From contig JBKHBH010000052.1 in NCBI GenBank assembly GCA_046542505.1, positions 1-14,184 of the forward strand: DNA of 14,184 nt, read 5' to 3'. Below the pieces are notes generated by a model. That model was not told where the DNA came from. It did no database searches and was given only the letters and a program-made list of their open reading frames with translations. Source of the DNA: Thermovirgaceae bacterium (GTDB taxonomy: Bacteria > Synergistota > Synergistia > Synergistales > Thermovirgaceae). Made by a program: the position numbers and the translations under genes. Shown piece after piece: positions 1-7,684 of this stretch (position 1 is the first letter of the stretch; every line of letters starts with the position of its first letter).

Positions 1-69
1 CACGGCAGCGCTCAATCCCGCCGGCCCGCCGCCGATGACCATCACTTCCGTCTCGACCACGGTCCTCAC
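1..69 (-). CDS. FAD/NAD(P)-dependent oxidoreductase, 5' end only (runs off the window); sarcosine oxidase alpha / HcnB-like
   Basis: Manual translation from GTG at 69 gives MRTVVETEVMVIGGGPAGLSAAV, a Rossmann GxGxxG dinucleotide-binding start. GTGA overlap with the stop of the upstream 2Fe-2S gene (66-68). Confidence 0.85.
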   Translation of the reverse strand, partial: MRTVVETEVMVIGGGPAGLSAAV

Positions 70-398
70 CGCCCTTTTCCTTCCGCGTCAAGGGGCACGA
101 CTCCCTTGCCCCGCTGGGTCTCCACGTGCATCCCCTCTTTCAGAGGCGTCACGCAGGTCCGCACGTTGGGTACCCCGTCAACCACCATGAAACAGGAGGA
201 ACACTTGCCGATGGCGCAAAAAAACCCCCGCGTCTGATACCTGATCGGCGTCTTTCGATACACCTTCACACCGTTCGCGTGAAGCGCCGCCGCAATGGGC
301 TCGCCCTCGTACCCCTCAAGCTGCTTCCCGTCAAAGGAAAAGGTCACCCGCCGCCCATGATGAAATTCCAGTATCGGATGTTCTTCAATGAGCTTCAT
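66..398 (-). CDS. (2Fe-2S)-binding protein, sarcosine oxidase alpha N-terminal / HcnA-like
   Basis: 110 aa with GEPIAAALHANG, FFCAIGKCSSC (C-x4-C-x2-C) and NVRTC as the fourth Cys. SD GGGAGGG upstream of ATG 398. Confidence 0.9.
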   Translation of the reverse strand: MKLIEEHPILEFHHGRRVTFSFDGKQLEGYEGEPIAAALHANGVKVYRKTPIRYQTRGFFCAIGKCSSCFMVVDGVPNVRTCVTPLKEGMHVETQRGKGVVPLDAEGKGR

Positions 399-579
399 TC
401 ACCGCTTCCCTCCCTGCTAAAAGCTAAAAATGGTGGCTATAAAGTCACTTGAAAAACCGGAATGCTGGTTCTCTCCCCTCCTGCAATATTGTGTTCCGTA
501 CCTTGTATTATTTTTCACTATTGGCCTTGCACCCCTCACCTAATGAACAACAGTACATATCATACTACAGCCATATAAA

Positions 580-607
580 ATATTACTTACACCACGCCAT
601 GTGACAA
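580..607 (-). promoter_or_regulatory. Candidate sigma70 promoter for the 2Fe-2S/oxidoreductase operon
   Basis: TTGTCA (607-602), 16-nt spacer, TAATAT (585-580) in an AT-rich intergenic region. A second -10-like hexamer TATGAT lies at 564-559. Confidence 0.35.
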
Positions 608-635
608 AGGTGTCCTTCGGCTCCTTTACAAGCCG

Positions 636-1346
636 TCATTGTTTACAGCTTCCCGGAAGGCGGGGCGTCATCCTGTCCGAATTTCCGATGTCCGGGCCAC
701 GGAAATAGCGGGCTCCGAGAACCAGAGGGGAAACAGCCTCTTTTTTACGGGAACAGCCGATCATGGCCACTGTAAGGCCGGAAATGGGTCTTTCCTCCCA
801 GGAAAGGGCTTTTACCACCGACTGCGAAAGGACAGGAAAAGCTCTTATGCTCTCTCCGACAAAAACTGTAGTTTTAAGATTCTTTTCGCCTAGCGTTGAA
901 AGGAGATCCGCAGGAGATAAGAACGTACTGTCTAGGACCTTTTCCACCAGGCCATTCGAGCGACGGAATATCGCAGCGAACACGCTATCGGATCGCGCCC
1001 GCAGAACGGGAACGACGGTAAGGCTATCGAAAAGGAAAGGATATGCCATGGCAAAAAGCGTCGAAACTCCCACAACAGGTTTGCCCAAGGCGTATGCTAG
1101 GCCGGTCATGTAGGAAAGGCCGACCCGTATTCCGGTGAAATAACCGGGACCGGTCGTTATGGCGAAGATGTCAACATTCCGGATGTCCCGGGCGGATTCG
1201 GTGAGCAGGTTCTGGAAAAGGGCGGGAAGTCGGGCCGATTGACGTCGGCCGAGATCAAGGGTTAATTCGCCGACGGCCCGTCGTGTTTCGACAAGCCCCA
1301 TTGATGTCCACCCGGTGCTGCAGTCAAGCCCCAAAACCAATGTCAT
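636..1346 (-). CDS. tsaB: tRNA threonylcarbamoyladenosine biosynthesis protein TsaB (YeaZ)
   Basis: Motifs LGLDCST and GPGYFTGIRVG, then KPVVGVSTL. Start moved to ATG 1346 because of the TGATG overlap with the tsaE stop and a GGAG SD 9 nt upstream; 236 aa. Confidence 0.92.
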   Translation of the reverse strand: MTLVLGLDCSTGWTSMGLVETRRAVGELTLDLGRRQSARLPALFQNLLTESARDIRNVDIFAITTGPGYFTGIRVGLSYMTGLAYALGKPVVGVSTLFAMAYPFLFDSLTVVPVLRARSDSVFAAIFRRSNGLVEKVLDSTFLSPADLLSTLGEKNLKTTVFVGESIRAFPVLSQSVVKALSWEERPISGLTVAMIGCSRKKEAVSPLVLGARYFRGPDIGNSDRMTPRLPGSCKQ

Positions 1347-1885
1347 CAGAGGATACTCCAGTATGTTTTCATGTGTTTCATGCATTCGGTCAGACGATCA
1401 CAGGCTTTCCCCCCCCGGCATCGAAAGGAAAGAAAAAAAGACATATTCCCCGGTTCCTCCTTCACTGTGCCGGAATTATCATTTCGACGGAAGTCTATTT
1501 GCCACACATCGTCTCCCGGCGGTTGCCTCCAGCGTTCTCCCCACTCGACAATGATAATGAATCCCGCATCGAGATAATCGAAAAGACCGATTTCGTAGCC
1601 GTCTGTTACCTGGAGCCTGTAGAGATCGGCATGTGCAATGGGTACGTGGCCTTCGTATTCGTTGACCAGAGTGAACGACGGGCTTCTGACCGAGGTTATG
1701 TCGAAATGCGAGGCAAATCCCCTCGTAAAAACGGTTTTGCCGCTGCCGAGCTCACCCGATAGAAGAATGCACAATCCCGGGAAGGCAAAAGGAGCCGTTT
1801 CCCTTCCCAGTTCCCAAGTGTCTTTCTCGGCTTTTGATTCGACGCTGAATACCGGAGGGGCTGCCCTTTCAATGTTTTCTTTCAT
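1346..1885 (-). CDS. tsaE: tRNA threonylcarbamoyladenosine biosynthesis ATPase TsaE (YjeE)
   Basis: Walker A GELGSGKT, SPSFTLVNEY, HADLYRL and VEWGE motifs. Start moved to ATG 1885 (ATGA overlap with the nnr stop); 179 aa. Confidence 0.95.
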   Translation of the reverse strand: MKENIERAAPPVFSVESKAEKDTWELGRETAPFAFPGLCILLSGELGSGKTVFTRGFASHFDITSVRSPSFTLVNEYEGHVPIAHADLYRLQVTDGYEIGLFDYLDAGFIIIVEWGERWRQPPGDDVWQIDFRRNDNSGTVKEEPGNMSFFLSFRCRGGKACDRLTECMKHMKTYWSIL

Positions 1886-3447
1886 TGCATTCTCCCGGAA
1901 GGGTGATTCCCAAAAGAATCTCTCAGATTTTTGAGGCATTTCGGGATCCCATCGGCTATCTCCGTCGCCAGGAGGCCGTCGATGCCTTTTTCGTTGCCCT
2001 GGATGGCTCCTGTTTTCGAGTGAACGAAGGCAGCGAGAACCGCAGCATCGAAGGGATCCATGCCGGAAGCGAGCATCGCACCGATTACACCGCTCAGGAC
2101 ATCGCCGGAACCGGGAACGGAGAGACAGGGATGATCTTCGCCGATGACGGCTTTTCTCTTGCCGGAGCCTATGACTGTTCCTGCACCCTTGAGAACCACC
2201 GTTCCCCATCGCCTTGCAAGGATCTCTGCCGTTAGAAGCCTTTGAGTGGCCACTTCACCGGTTTTTATGCCTGCAAGCCCTGCGGCCTCACCTTCGTGGG
2301 GTGTCAGTATTGTGTCCTCCCGCTTCCCCAGGGATTCCTTCATGTCAGCAAGACAACGAAGGGCATCGGCATCCAGACAGGTCGGCAATTTCCCTGATTC
2401 CCAAATTCTCCTGACGAGTCCACAGGTTGCCTCCGACTTTGCCAATCCCGGTCCGACGACGATTGCTGATGCCTTTTGCCCCCATTGATCTATGGCATTG
2501 TCGTAAGCCTCTGGCAACAGAAAACCGTCACGTGAAGGAGCTCTGTAAATGATCGCTTCCGGCAGGGAATCCAAAGCTTTCGGGAAGACATTTTCAGGTG
2601 TCACGAGTATCACAACGCCTGCGCCAGCGCGCAGGGCACCCCGGGCGGCGAGCAGGGGGGCACCTCCGTAGAGGCGAGATCCACCGAAGACAAGGACGGT
2701 TCCACGCTTGCCCTTGTGAGTGAAGCTGTCCCTTTGAGGCAGAAGGGAGAATGCGCGATCTTCATCGACAAGAAATGACCTGGTTCCCAATGGAAGGATC
2801 TTCGAGGGAGAGACGCCTATATGACCTGTTTCTATGTGTCCGGAGTAGTCACGCCCGGGCATGACGAAAAGGCCTGTTTTGGGTGCGAGGAAAGTAACCG
2901 TCGATAGAGCCCTGATCGCGATGCCAGGTACTTCTCCAGTGGATGCGTCGACTCCGCTCGGGACGTCAAGGGCGGTCACCGGCTTTCGTGAGTTGTTGAA
3001 AAGTGAAATAATGCGTTTGATTTCACCCCTCGGGGCGCCTTTTGTTCCTGTTCCAAGGAGAGCGTCGACGAGAAGTTCGGCCGAATCCAGAAGCTTTGTC
3101 ACTGCTTTGTCTGAAAGATCTTTCGTGTTTTCCCTTCGAAGGCCTAATCGATTGACGATGGACAATTGCTCAGCCGGGCATCCTGACATATTGTCGTAAT
3201 GCCCGGTCATGAGGAGTATAGGTTCGATATCGTGAAGAAAAAGATGTCGGGCGAGTGCCAGCCCATCTCCACCATTATTGCCTCCGCCGCAGGCGATAAT
3301 GACCCTTGGGATTTTGCCGTAAAAGCCAAGAATGTGTGCGGCAGCCGAACGGGCGGCGTTCTCCATTAATACACCGCCGGGAATCATGAGTTCCTCCATG
3401 GCTTTCTGGTCGGCCTTACGCACTTCGGATGCGTCGTAAAGGAACAA
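1882..3447 (-). CDS. nnr: Bifunctional NAD(P)H-hydrate epimerase / ADP-dependent dehydratase (YjeF)
   Basis: 521 aa. N-domain LMENAA, GGGNNGGDG, DALLGTG, DVPSG. C-domain HKGKRG, GPGL, DADAL, TPHEGE, GSGDVLSG. TTG start with a GAGGGG SD, 2 nt after the acpS stop. Confidence 0.95.
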   Translation of the reverse strand: MFLYDASEVRKADQKAMEELMIPGGVLMENAARSAAAHILGFYGKIPRVIIACGGGNNGGDGLALARHLFLHDIEPILLMTGHYDNMSGCPAEQLSIVNRLGLRRENTKDLSDKAVTKLLDSAELLVDALLGTGTKGAPRGEIKRIISLFNNSRKPVTALDVPSGVDASTGEVPGIAIRALSTVTFLAPKTGLFVMPGRDYSGHIETGHIGVSPSKILPLGTRSFLVDEDRAFSLLPQRDSFTHKGKRGTVLVFGGSRLYGGAPLLAARGALRAGAGVVILVTPENVFPKALDSLPEAIIYRAPSRDGFLLPEAYDNAIDQWGQKASAIVVGPGLAKSEATCGLVRRIWESGKLPTCLDADALRCLADMKESLGKREDTILTPHEGEAAGLAGIKTGEVATQRLLTAEILARRWGTVVLKGAGTVIGSGKRKAVIGEDHPCLSVPGSGDVLSGVIGAMLASGMDPFDAAVLAAFVHSKTGAIQGNEKGIDGLLATEIADGIPKCLKNLRDSFGNHPSGRMQ

Positions 3448-3449
3448 GG

Positions 3450-3818
3450 CTATTCCCCCTCAAGAATGACGACGGCGATGGCATATTCGCCGTCGTGGCT
3501 GAGGGAAACATGGGCTTTTTGTGCCCCGAGCTCTTCCAGCAGGATGTCTGCCGGCGTTTCCCACAACAGGACAGGGCCATCAGTGGTGCGTTCAATCCAG
3601 ATGTTTTTCAGTCCAACCTTGCCGATACCCCATCCACCGGCCTTCGCAAAGGCCTCTTTGGCGGCGAAAGACGCCGCAAGGTGCTGCGACGGGTTATTTC
3701 GGCTTTTCGCGTAGGCCCTTTCCTTTTCGGAGAAAACGCGCTCCTCGAATCCGGGTCGAAGGAGGCTGGCGGCAATTCTCGAAATATTGCAGAGATCAAT
3801 TCCGACTCCCTTGATCAT
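3450..3818 (-). CDS. acpS: Holo-[acyl-carrier-protein] synthase
   Basis: MIKGVGIDL, FAAKEAFAKA and HVSLSHDGEYAIA motifs. ATG 3818 has a GGAGG SD; 122 aa. The ORF-track extension through tRNA-Val is treated as an artefact. Confidence 0.96.
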   Translation of the reverse strand: MIKGVGIDLCNISRIAASLLRPGFEERVFSEKERAYAKSRNNPSQHLAASFAAKEAFAKAGGWGIGKVGLKNIWIERTTDGPVLLWETPADILLEELGAQKAHVSLSHDGEYAIAVVILEGE

Positions 3819-3857
3819 GAGGGCCTCCCTGGACAAAAGACAAAAAAGCTGGGAAAT

Positions 3858-3886
3858 ATTATACATGACGAGATAAGCATGGGAAA
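3858..3886 (-). promoter_or_regulatory. Candidate sigma70 promoter for acpS-nnr-tsaE-tsaB
   Basis: Perfect TATAAT at 3863-3858, with a weak -35 TTTCCC (3886-3881) at 17-nt spacing, located just downstream of the tRNA-Val terminator. Confidence 0.6.
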
Positions 3887-3903
3887 ATCGATATCGCTGT
3901 CGG

Positions 3904-3942
3904 AAACAAGAAAAGACGCCCCTCCACGGGGCGCCTTTTTTT
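3904..3942 (-). terminator. Intrinsic terminator after tRNA-Val (could act in both directions)
   Basis: Minus strand reads AAAAAAAGGCGCCCC-GTGGA-GGGGCGTCTTTTCTTGTTT: a GC stem with one G.U pair followed by a U-rich tract. Confidence 0.88.
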
Positions 3943-3949
3943 GACTGAA

Positions 3950-4024
3950 TGGTGGGTGGTGCAGGACTCGAACCTGCGACCTCTTCCGCGTCAAGGAAGC
4001 GTTCTTCCTCTGAACTAACCACCC
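3950..4024 (-). tRNA. tRNA-Val (anticodon GAC)
   Basis: GGGTGGT/ACCACCC acceptor stem, GTTC/GAAC D stem, CTTCC-TTGACGC-GGAAG anticodon arm, GGTTCGAGTCC T arm, encoded CCA; 75 nt. Confidence 0.97.
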
Positions 4025-4035
4025 GGGCGCAATGC

Positions 4036-4064
4036 ATTTTACCCGCCTCCGATTTGGTTGTCAA
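4036..4064 (-). promoter_or_regulatory. Near-consensus sigma70 promoter for tRNA-Val, inside the rlmB 3' end
   Basis: TTGACA (4064-4059), 17-nt spacer, TAAAAT (4041-4036), then GCATTGCGCCC leading into the tRNA 5' end. Confidence 0.85.
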
Positions 4065-4851
4065 CAGTGCGTAACCATTCATACATACCGATGGCTGCTG
4101 CCGTCGCAACATTCAGGGAACCCGTCGTCCCGCGCATCGGAATTTTGATCGTCTCGTCGCAGGCTTTTCTGACTGGGTTCGTCAATCCTTTTTCCTCGCT
4201 TCCCGCAACGAGTGCAAGTCGTTCGGGTAAACGGGCTCCGTCAAGACGCACCGCCGCATGGTGATCAAGTCCGAAGACCCATATACGGGAGGCTTTCAAT
4301 CGGCTGATGGCGTCGCTCACACTGTTGATCCCGTAAAGTGGAAGGCGCCCCGCCGCTCCTGAGCTGGTCTTCAGGACCGTGCCAGTCGGCAATGCCGAAC
4401 GCCATTTTGGAAAAAGGATTCCGGAAGCTCCGAAGATTTCGGCGGAGCGGATGGCGGCGCCGAAGTTCCCGGGATCCTTTATTCTGTCAAGTAGCAGATA
4501 CAGCACGGGGCCATGAGTTTCCCGTGGCCCTCTCTCGAGATCTTCAATGCGGAGCAGGTCCACAGGCGCAATTCGGGCGGCGATACCCTGGTGCCCGGCA
4601 CTTGTGCATTCCTTGTCCAGAAAGGCCCTCGGCACGGTTTTGAAGGGAATTTTTTCCCTTCTGCAGGCCTCGAGAATCCCAAAGATGTCCTCCTTGCGTC
4701 TGCCGTCAGCGATGTAGACGGCAAGGCATTTTCCCGGAGAATCTTCCAGGAGACTTCTGACGGCGTGTTTTCCGTAGCAAAGCTCATCAGTTCCGTTTTC
4801 GCCGCCGCCTGGCTGTGTCTCGTTTTCCCGAAACTTTTTCTGTTTTTTCAT
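4039..4851 (-). CDS. rlmB: TrmH/SpoU family RNA 2'-O-methyltransferase, probably 23S rRNA Gm2251 methyltransferase RlmB
   Basis: YGKHAV, HQGIAA, DRIKDPGNFGAAIRSA, GSEEKGL and IPMRGTTGSLNVATA SPOUT motifs. ATG 4851 is the nearest in-frame start upstream of the conserved domain; 270 aa. Confidence 0.88.
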   Translation of the reverse strand: MKKQKKFRENETQPGGGENGTDELCYGKHAVRSLLEDSPGKCLAVYIADGRRKEDIFGILEACRREKIPFKTVPRAFLDKECTSAGHQGIAARIAPVDLLRIEDLERGPRETHGPVLYLLLDRIKDPGNFGAAIRSAEIFGASGILFPKWRSALPTGTVLKTSSGAAGRLPLYGINSVSDAISRLKASRIWVFGLDHHAAVRLDGARLPERLALVAGSEEKGLTNPVRKACDETIKIPMRGTTGSLNVATAAAIGMYEWLRTVDNQIGGG

Positions 4852-7684
4852 GCTTGCGCAAATCCCCCATTTCCTCGAGGTATTGTCGCAGGTAAGTGCC
4901 CGTGTACGACCTGTTGTGAGATAGGATTGCTTCCGGTGATCCAGATGCGACGATCGTCCCTCCCTTTTCACCGCCCTCGGGGCCAAGATCAATGAGGTGA
5001 TCGCAGGATGCAAGGACATCGAGGTTGTGCTCTATCACAACGACGGTGTTTCCCTGGTCGACGAGTTTTTGCAGCAGGGTGATCAGTTTACGGACATCCG
5101 TATAGTGCAGGCCAGTCGTGGGCTCATCCAAAAGATACAGGCTGTTTCCCAGGTATTTTTTCGCCAGTTCCGTCGAGAGTTTGACTCTTTGGGCTTCTCC
5201 TCCGCTTAGTGTCGGTGCCGGCTGACCCAGTCTGATGTATCCAAGCCCGGCTTCTTCTATGACGCGGAGCTTCCTGACGATCTTCGGCTGATCGGAAAAA
5301 AATTCTCGTGCTTCATTTACGGTCATATCGAGAATGTCCGCTATGGTCTTCCCCTTGAAGTGGATATCTAGAGTTTCCTGATTGTACCTGGAACCGCCGC
5401 AGACATCACATTTGACGTATACATCGGGCATGAAAAGCATTGAAATTTTTACTTCTCCCTCTCCCTTGCACGCCTCGCAGCGCCCGCCCCTGACATTGAA
5501 ACTGAATCTTCCGGGGCTGTAGCCCCTGACCCGTGATTCCGGCAGTTGCGAGTACAGTTCGCGGATCGGCGTGAAAACGCCTGTATACGTAGCCGGGTTC
5601 GACCGTGGTGTCCTGCCGATGGGACTCTGGTCTATCATGACCACGTTCATGCGGCCTGTCCACCCGTCTATCGCGATATCCCCGTGATTCCCGGCCCGCT
5701 CACGATAATTTTTATCAATTTTCCGCCGAAGCCCCTTGTAGAGGATTTCGTGCATGAGCGTGCTTTTTCCCGAGCCGGAAACGCCGCTGATGCAAACGAA
5801 AAGTCCCGTCGGGATGTCAACGTCGATATTCTTGAGGTTATTTTCCGCTGCTTTACGTATTCCAATACGGCCGGAAGGTTTCCTCTTGCTTTTCGACAGG
5901 ACGATTCCTGACATTTTGCCCTGTAAATGGGGCCCCGAAAGAGTTGCTGCCGCCGGAAGTTTCGACGGGGGTGACGAAGCGATGATTTCTCCGCCAAGCT
6001 CCCCTGCGCCCGGTCCCAGTTCAATGATATGATCGGCTTGCAACATGGTTTCCCGGTCATGTTCGACAACGATGACCGAGTTTTCAAGGTCGCGAATCGT
6101 TTCGAGGGTGTTCAGCAATCTTGCTGTATCCCTGGCATGTAAGCCGATGGTCGGCTCGTCGAGCACATAGAGGACACCGGTCAGCTTCGAACCGAGTTGC
6201 GTCGCCAACCGGATGCGCTGGCTCTCTCCGGCACTTAGCGTGTCGGCTCTCCGTGAAAGCGTCAGGTACCCGACACCCACGTCGACCATGAAGGAAAGTC
6301 TTTTCCGGATTTCTCGAACGACGGGAGCGCAGATATCCATTTGGCCCCCTGGAAGGTTGAGTTTTTCGAATATACCGGGCAGTTCTTCTACGGCGGCAGT
6401 AATTATATCGGCGATCCCTATGTCGCCTATGCGGACCGAAAGGGCCTCGGGACGAAGCCTCATGCCCCTGCACGTCTTGCAGATGTCCTCGTTCCGGTAT
6501 CCCGAAAGCTCGTTTTTTACGGCTTCCGACTCCGTTTCGCGCCAGCGGGTTTCCAGCCACGGCAGAAGGCCCTCGTACCGGCCCGTGTATCTCACGGTTT
6601 TCCCCCTCTTTCTGTCTCTGAAGGAAAGAGAGAGTTTTTCATCGGATCCGTAAAGAATGATGTTCCGCTTGTCTTCGGAAAGGTCCCCGAAAAGAGTTTT
6701 TTCAAGATCGATATTCATCTGTTGCGCAAGGGCCGAGAGCTTGCGAAGCATGTAATGTTTTTTCTTCCATGGCAGCAGTGCGCCGTTCAGCGGAGCCAAT
6801 TTCACGTCAACGGCTCTTTCTGGTGCAAAATACTCATGGCTTCCGAGGCCGTTGCAATCGCGACAGGCTCCGTAGGGATTGTTGAAGGAAAAGAGCTTCG
6901 GGTCGATCTCCGGAAAGGAAATGTCACAATCTGGACATGCTGCATGTTCGGAGAGGATTTCCGTTCGCTCCTTTGAGCTGATTTTGACAAAACCTTCACT
7001 CGACTGCAGAGCGTTTTCGACGGCTTCGGCGAGGCGTCCCCGGTTTTTCTGATATACCGTCATCCGGTCAATCAAAATCTCGATATCGTGCTTCTTGTTT
7101 TTATCGAGAGGAATTTCCTCCTCCAGCCAGTACAGTGTACCGTCCACCTTGACCCGCAGGAATCCCTGCTTCAAAAACCCGATGAAAAGATTTCGGAATT
7201 CGCCTTTTTGGCCGCGCACGACGGGTGAAAGAATTTCCACAGGCTCGCCGTCAAAGTTCCTGCGAATAAAATCAACGATTTCATCGATACTGTAACTGCG
7301 CAACTGCCTGCCGCACACGGGACAATAAGGGGTTCCCGCCCGTCCGAAAAGCAGTCTGAGGAAATCGTAGACCTCCGTAGCGGTTCCCACCGTCGAGCGG
7401 GGGTTGTGCGAGACGCCCTTTTGTTCGATGGATATAGCCGGCGAGAGGCCGGAAATATCATCCACATCTGGTTTGTCCTGTATTCCGAGAAATTGTCTTG
7501 CGTAAGCCGAGAGTGATTCCACATAGCGCCGTTGCCCTTCCGCGTAGATCGTGTCGAAGGCGAGGGAGGATTTTCCGGAACCGGATGGTCCTGTGATGAC
7601 CACGAGGCGGTTTTTAGGAATCCGTACGTCTATGTTTTTTAAATTGTGTTCTCTTGCGCCTTTTACCTCTATCCATTTCGGCAT
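4787..7684 (-). CDS. uvrA: Excinuclease ABC subunit A
   Basis: 965 aa. GAREHNLKN, two Walker A motifs (GPSGSGKSS, GVSGSGKST), zinc-binding CxxC pairs, QSPIGRTPRSNPATY, LSGGEAQR and LDEPTTGLH. UvrB-binding and insertion domains are present. Confidence 0.99.
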   Translation of the reverse strand: MPKWIEVKGAREHNLKNIDVRIPKNRLVVITGPSGSGKSSLAFDTIYAEGQRRYVESLSAYARQFLGIQDKPDVDDISGLSPAISIEQKGVSHNPRSTVGTATEVYDFLRLLFGRAGTPYCPVCGRQLRSYSIDEIVDFIRRNFDGEPVEILSPVVRGQKGEFRNLFIGFLKQGFLRVKVDGTLYWLEEEIPLDKNKKHDIEILIDRMTVYQKNRGRLAEAVENALQSSEGFVKISSKERTEILSEHAACPDCDISFPEIDPKLFSFNNPYGACRDCNGLGSHEYFAPERAVDVKLAPLNGALLPWKKKHYMLRKLSALAQQMNIDLEKTLFGDLSEDKRNIILYGSDEKLSLSFRDRKRGKTVRYTGRYEGLLPWLETRWRETESEAVKNELSGYRNEDICKTCRGMRLRPEALSVRIGDIGIADIITAAVEELPGIFEKLNLPGGQMDICAPVVREIRKRLSFMVDVGVGYLTLSRRADTLSAGESQRIRLATQLGSKLTGVLYVLDEPTIGLHARDTARLLNTLETIRDLENSVIVVEHDRETMLQADHIIELGPGAGELGGEIIASSPPSKLPAAATLSGPHLQGKMSGIVLSKSKRKPSGRIGIRKAAENNLKNIDVDIPTGLFVCISGVSGSGKSTLMHEILYKGLRRKIDKNYRERAGNHGDIAIDGWTGRMNVVMIDQSPIGRTPRSNPATYTGVFTPIRELYSQLPESRVRGYSPGRFSFNVRGGRCEACKGEGEVKISMLFMPDVYVKCDVCGGSRYNQETLDIHFKGKTIADILDMTVNEAREFFSDQPKIVRKLRVIEEAGLGYIRLGQPAPTLSGGEAQRVKLSTELAKKYLGNSLYLLDEPTTGLHYTDVRKLITLLQKLVDQGNTVVVIEHNLDVLASCDHLIDLGPEGGEKGGTIVASGSPEAILSHNRSYTGTYLRQYLEEMGDLRKHEKTEKVSGKRDTARRRRKRN

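Noticed and set aside
482..498. Sigma54-like element CGGAAC...TTGCA on the minus strand
   Set aside because: The GG-to-GC spacing is 11 nt rather than the strictly required 10.
601..636. Weak alternative hairpins after tsaB (CGGCT/AGCCG; AAAGG/CCTTT) and a GCCGAAGGA string reminiscent of a glycine riboswitch
   Set aside because: The stems are only 5 bp, there is no U-tract, and the downstream CTCTCAGG element of glycine aptamers is missing.
1886..2209. 108-codon upstream extension of the tsaE frame inside nnr, suggesting a frameshift Nnr-TsaE fusion
   Set aside because: The extension is Arg/Ser-rich alternative-frame sequence. I saw no in-frame X XXY YYZ slippery site, and the clean ATGA overlap at 1882-1885 explains tsaE initiation.
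3819..4112. N-terminal extension of acpS in the ORF track
   Set aside because: It crosses tRNA-Val, its terminator and a promoter. ATG 3818 has a GGAGG SD and gives the standard AcpS N-terminus.
4479..4787. 102-aa alternative-frame ORF whose ATG overlaps the uvrA stop (TGATG)
   Set aside because: It is nested within rlmB on the same strand with no convincing SD and no recognisable protein features. The TGATG arises from the rlmB codons ACT GAT GAG.
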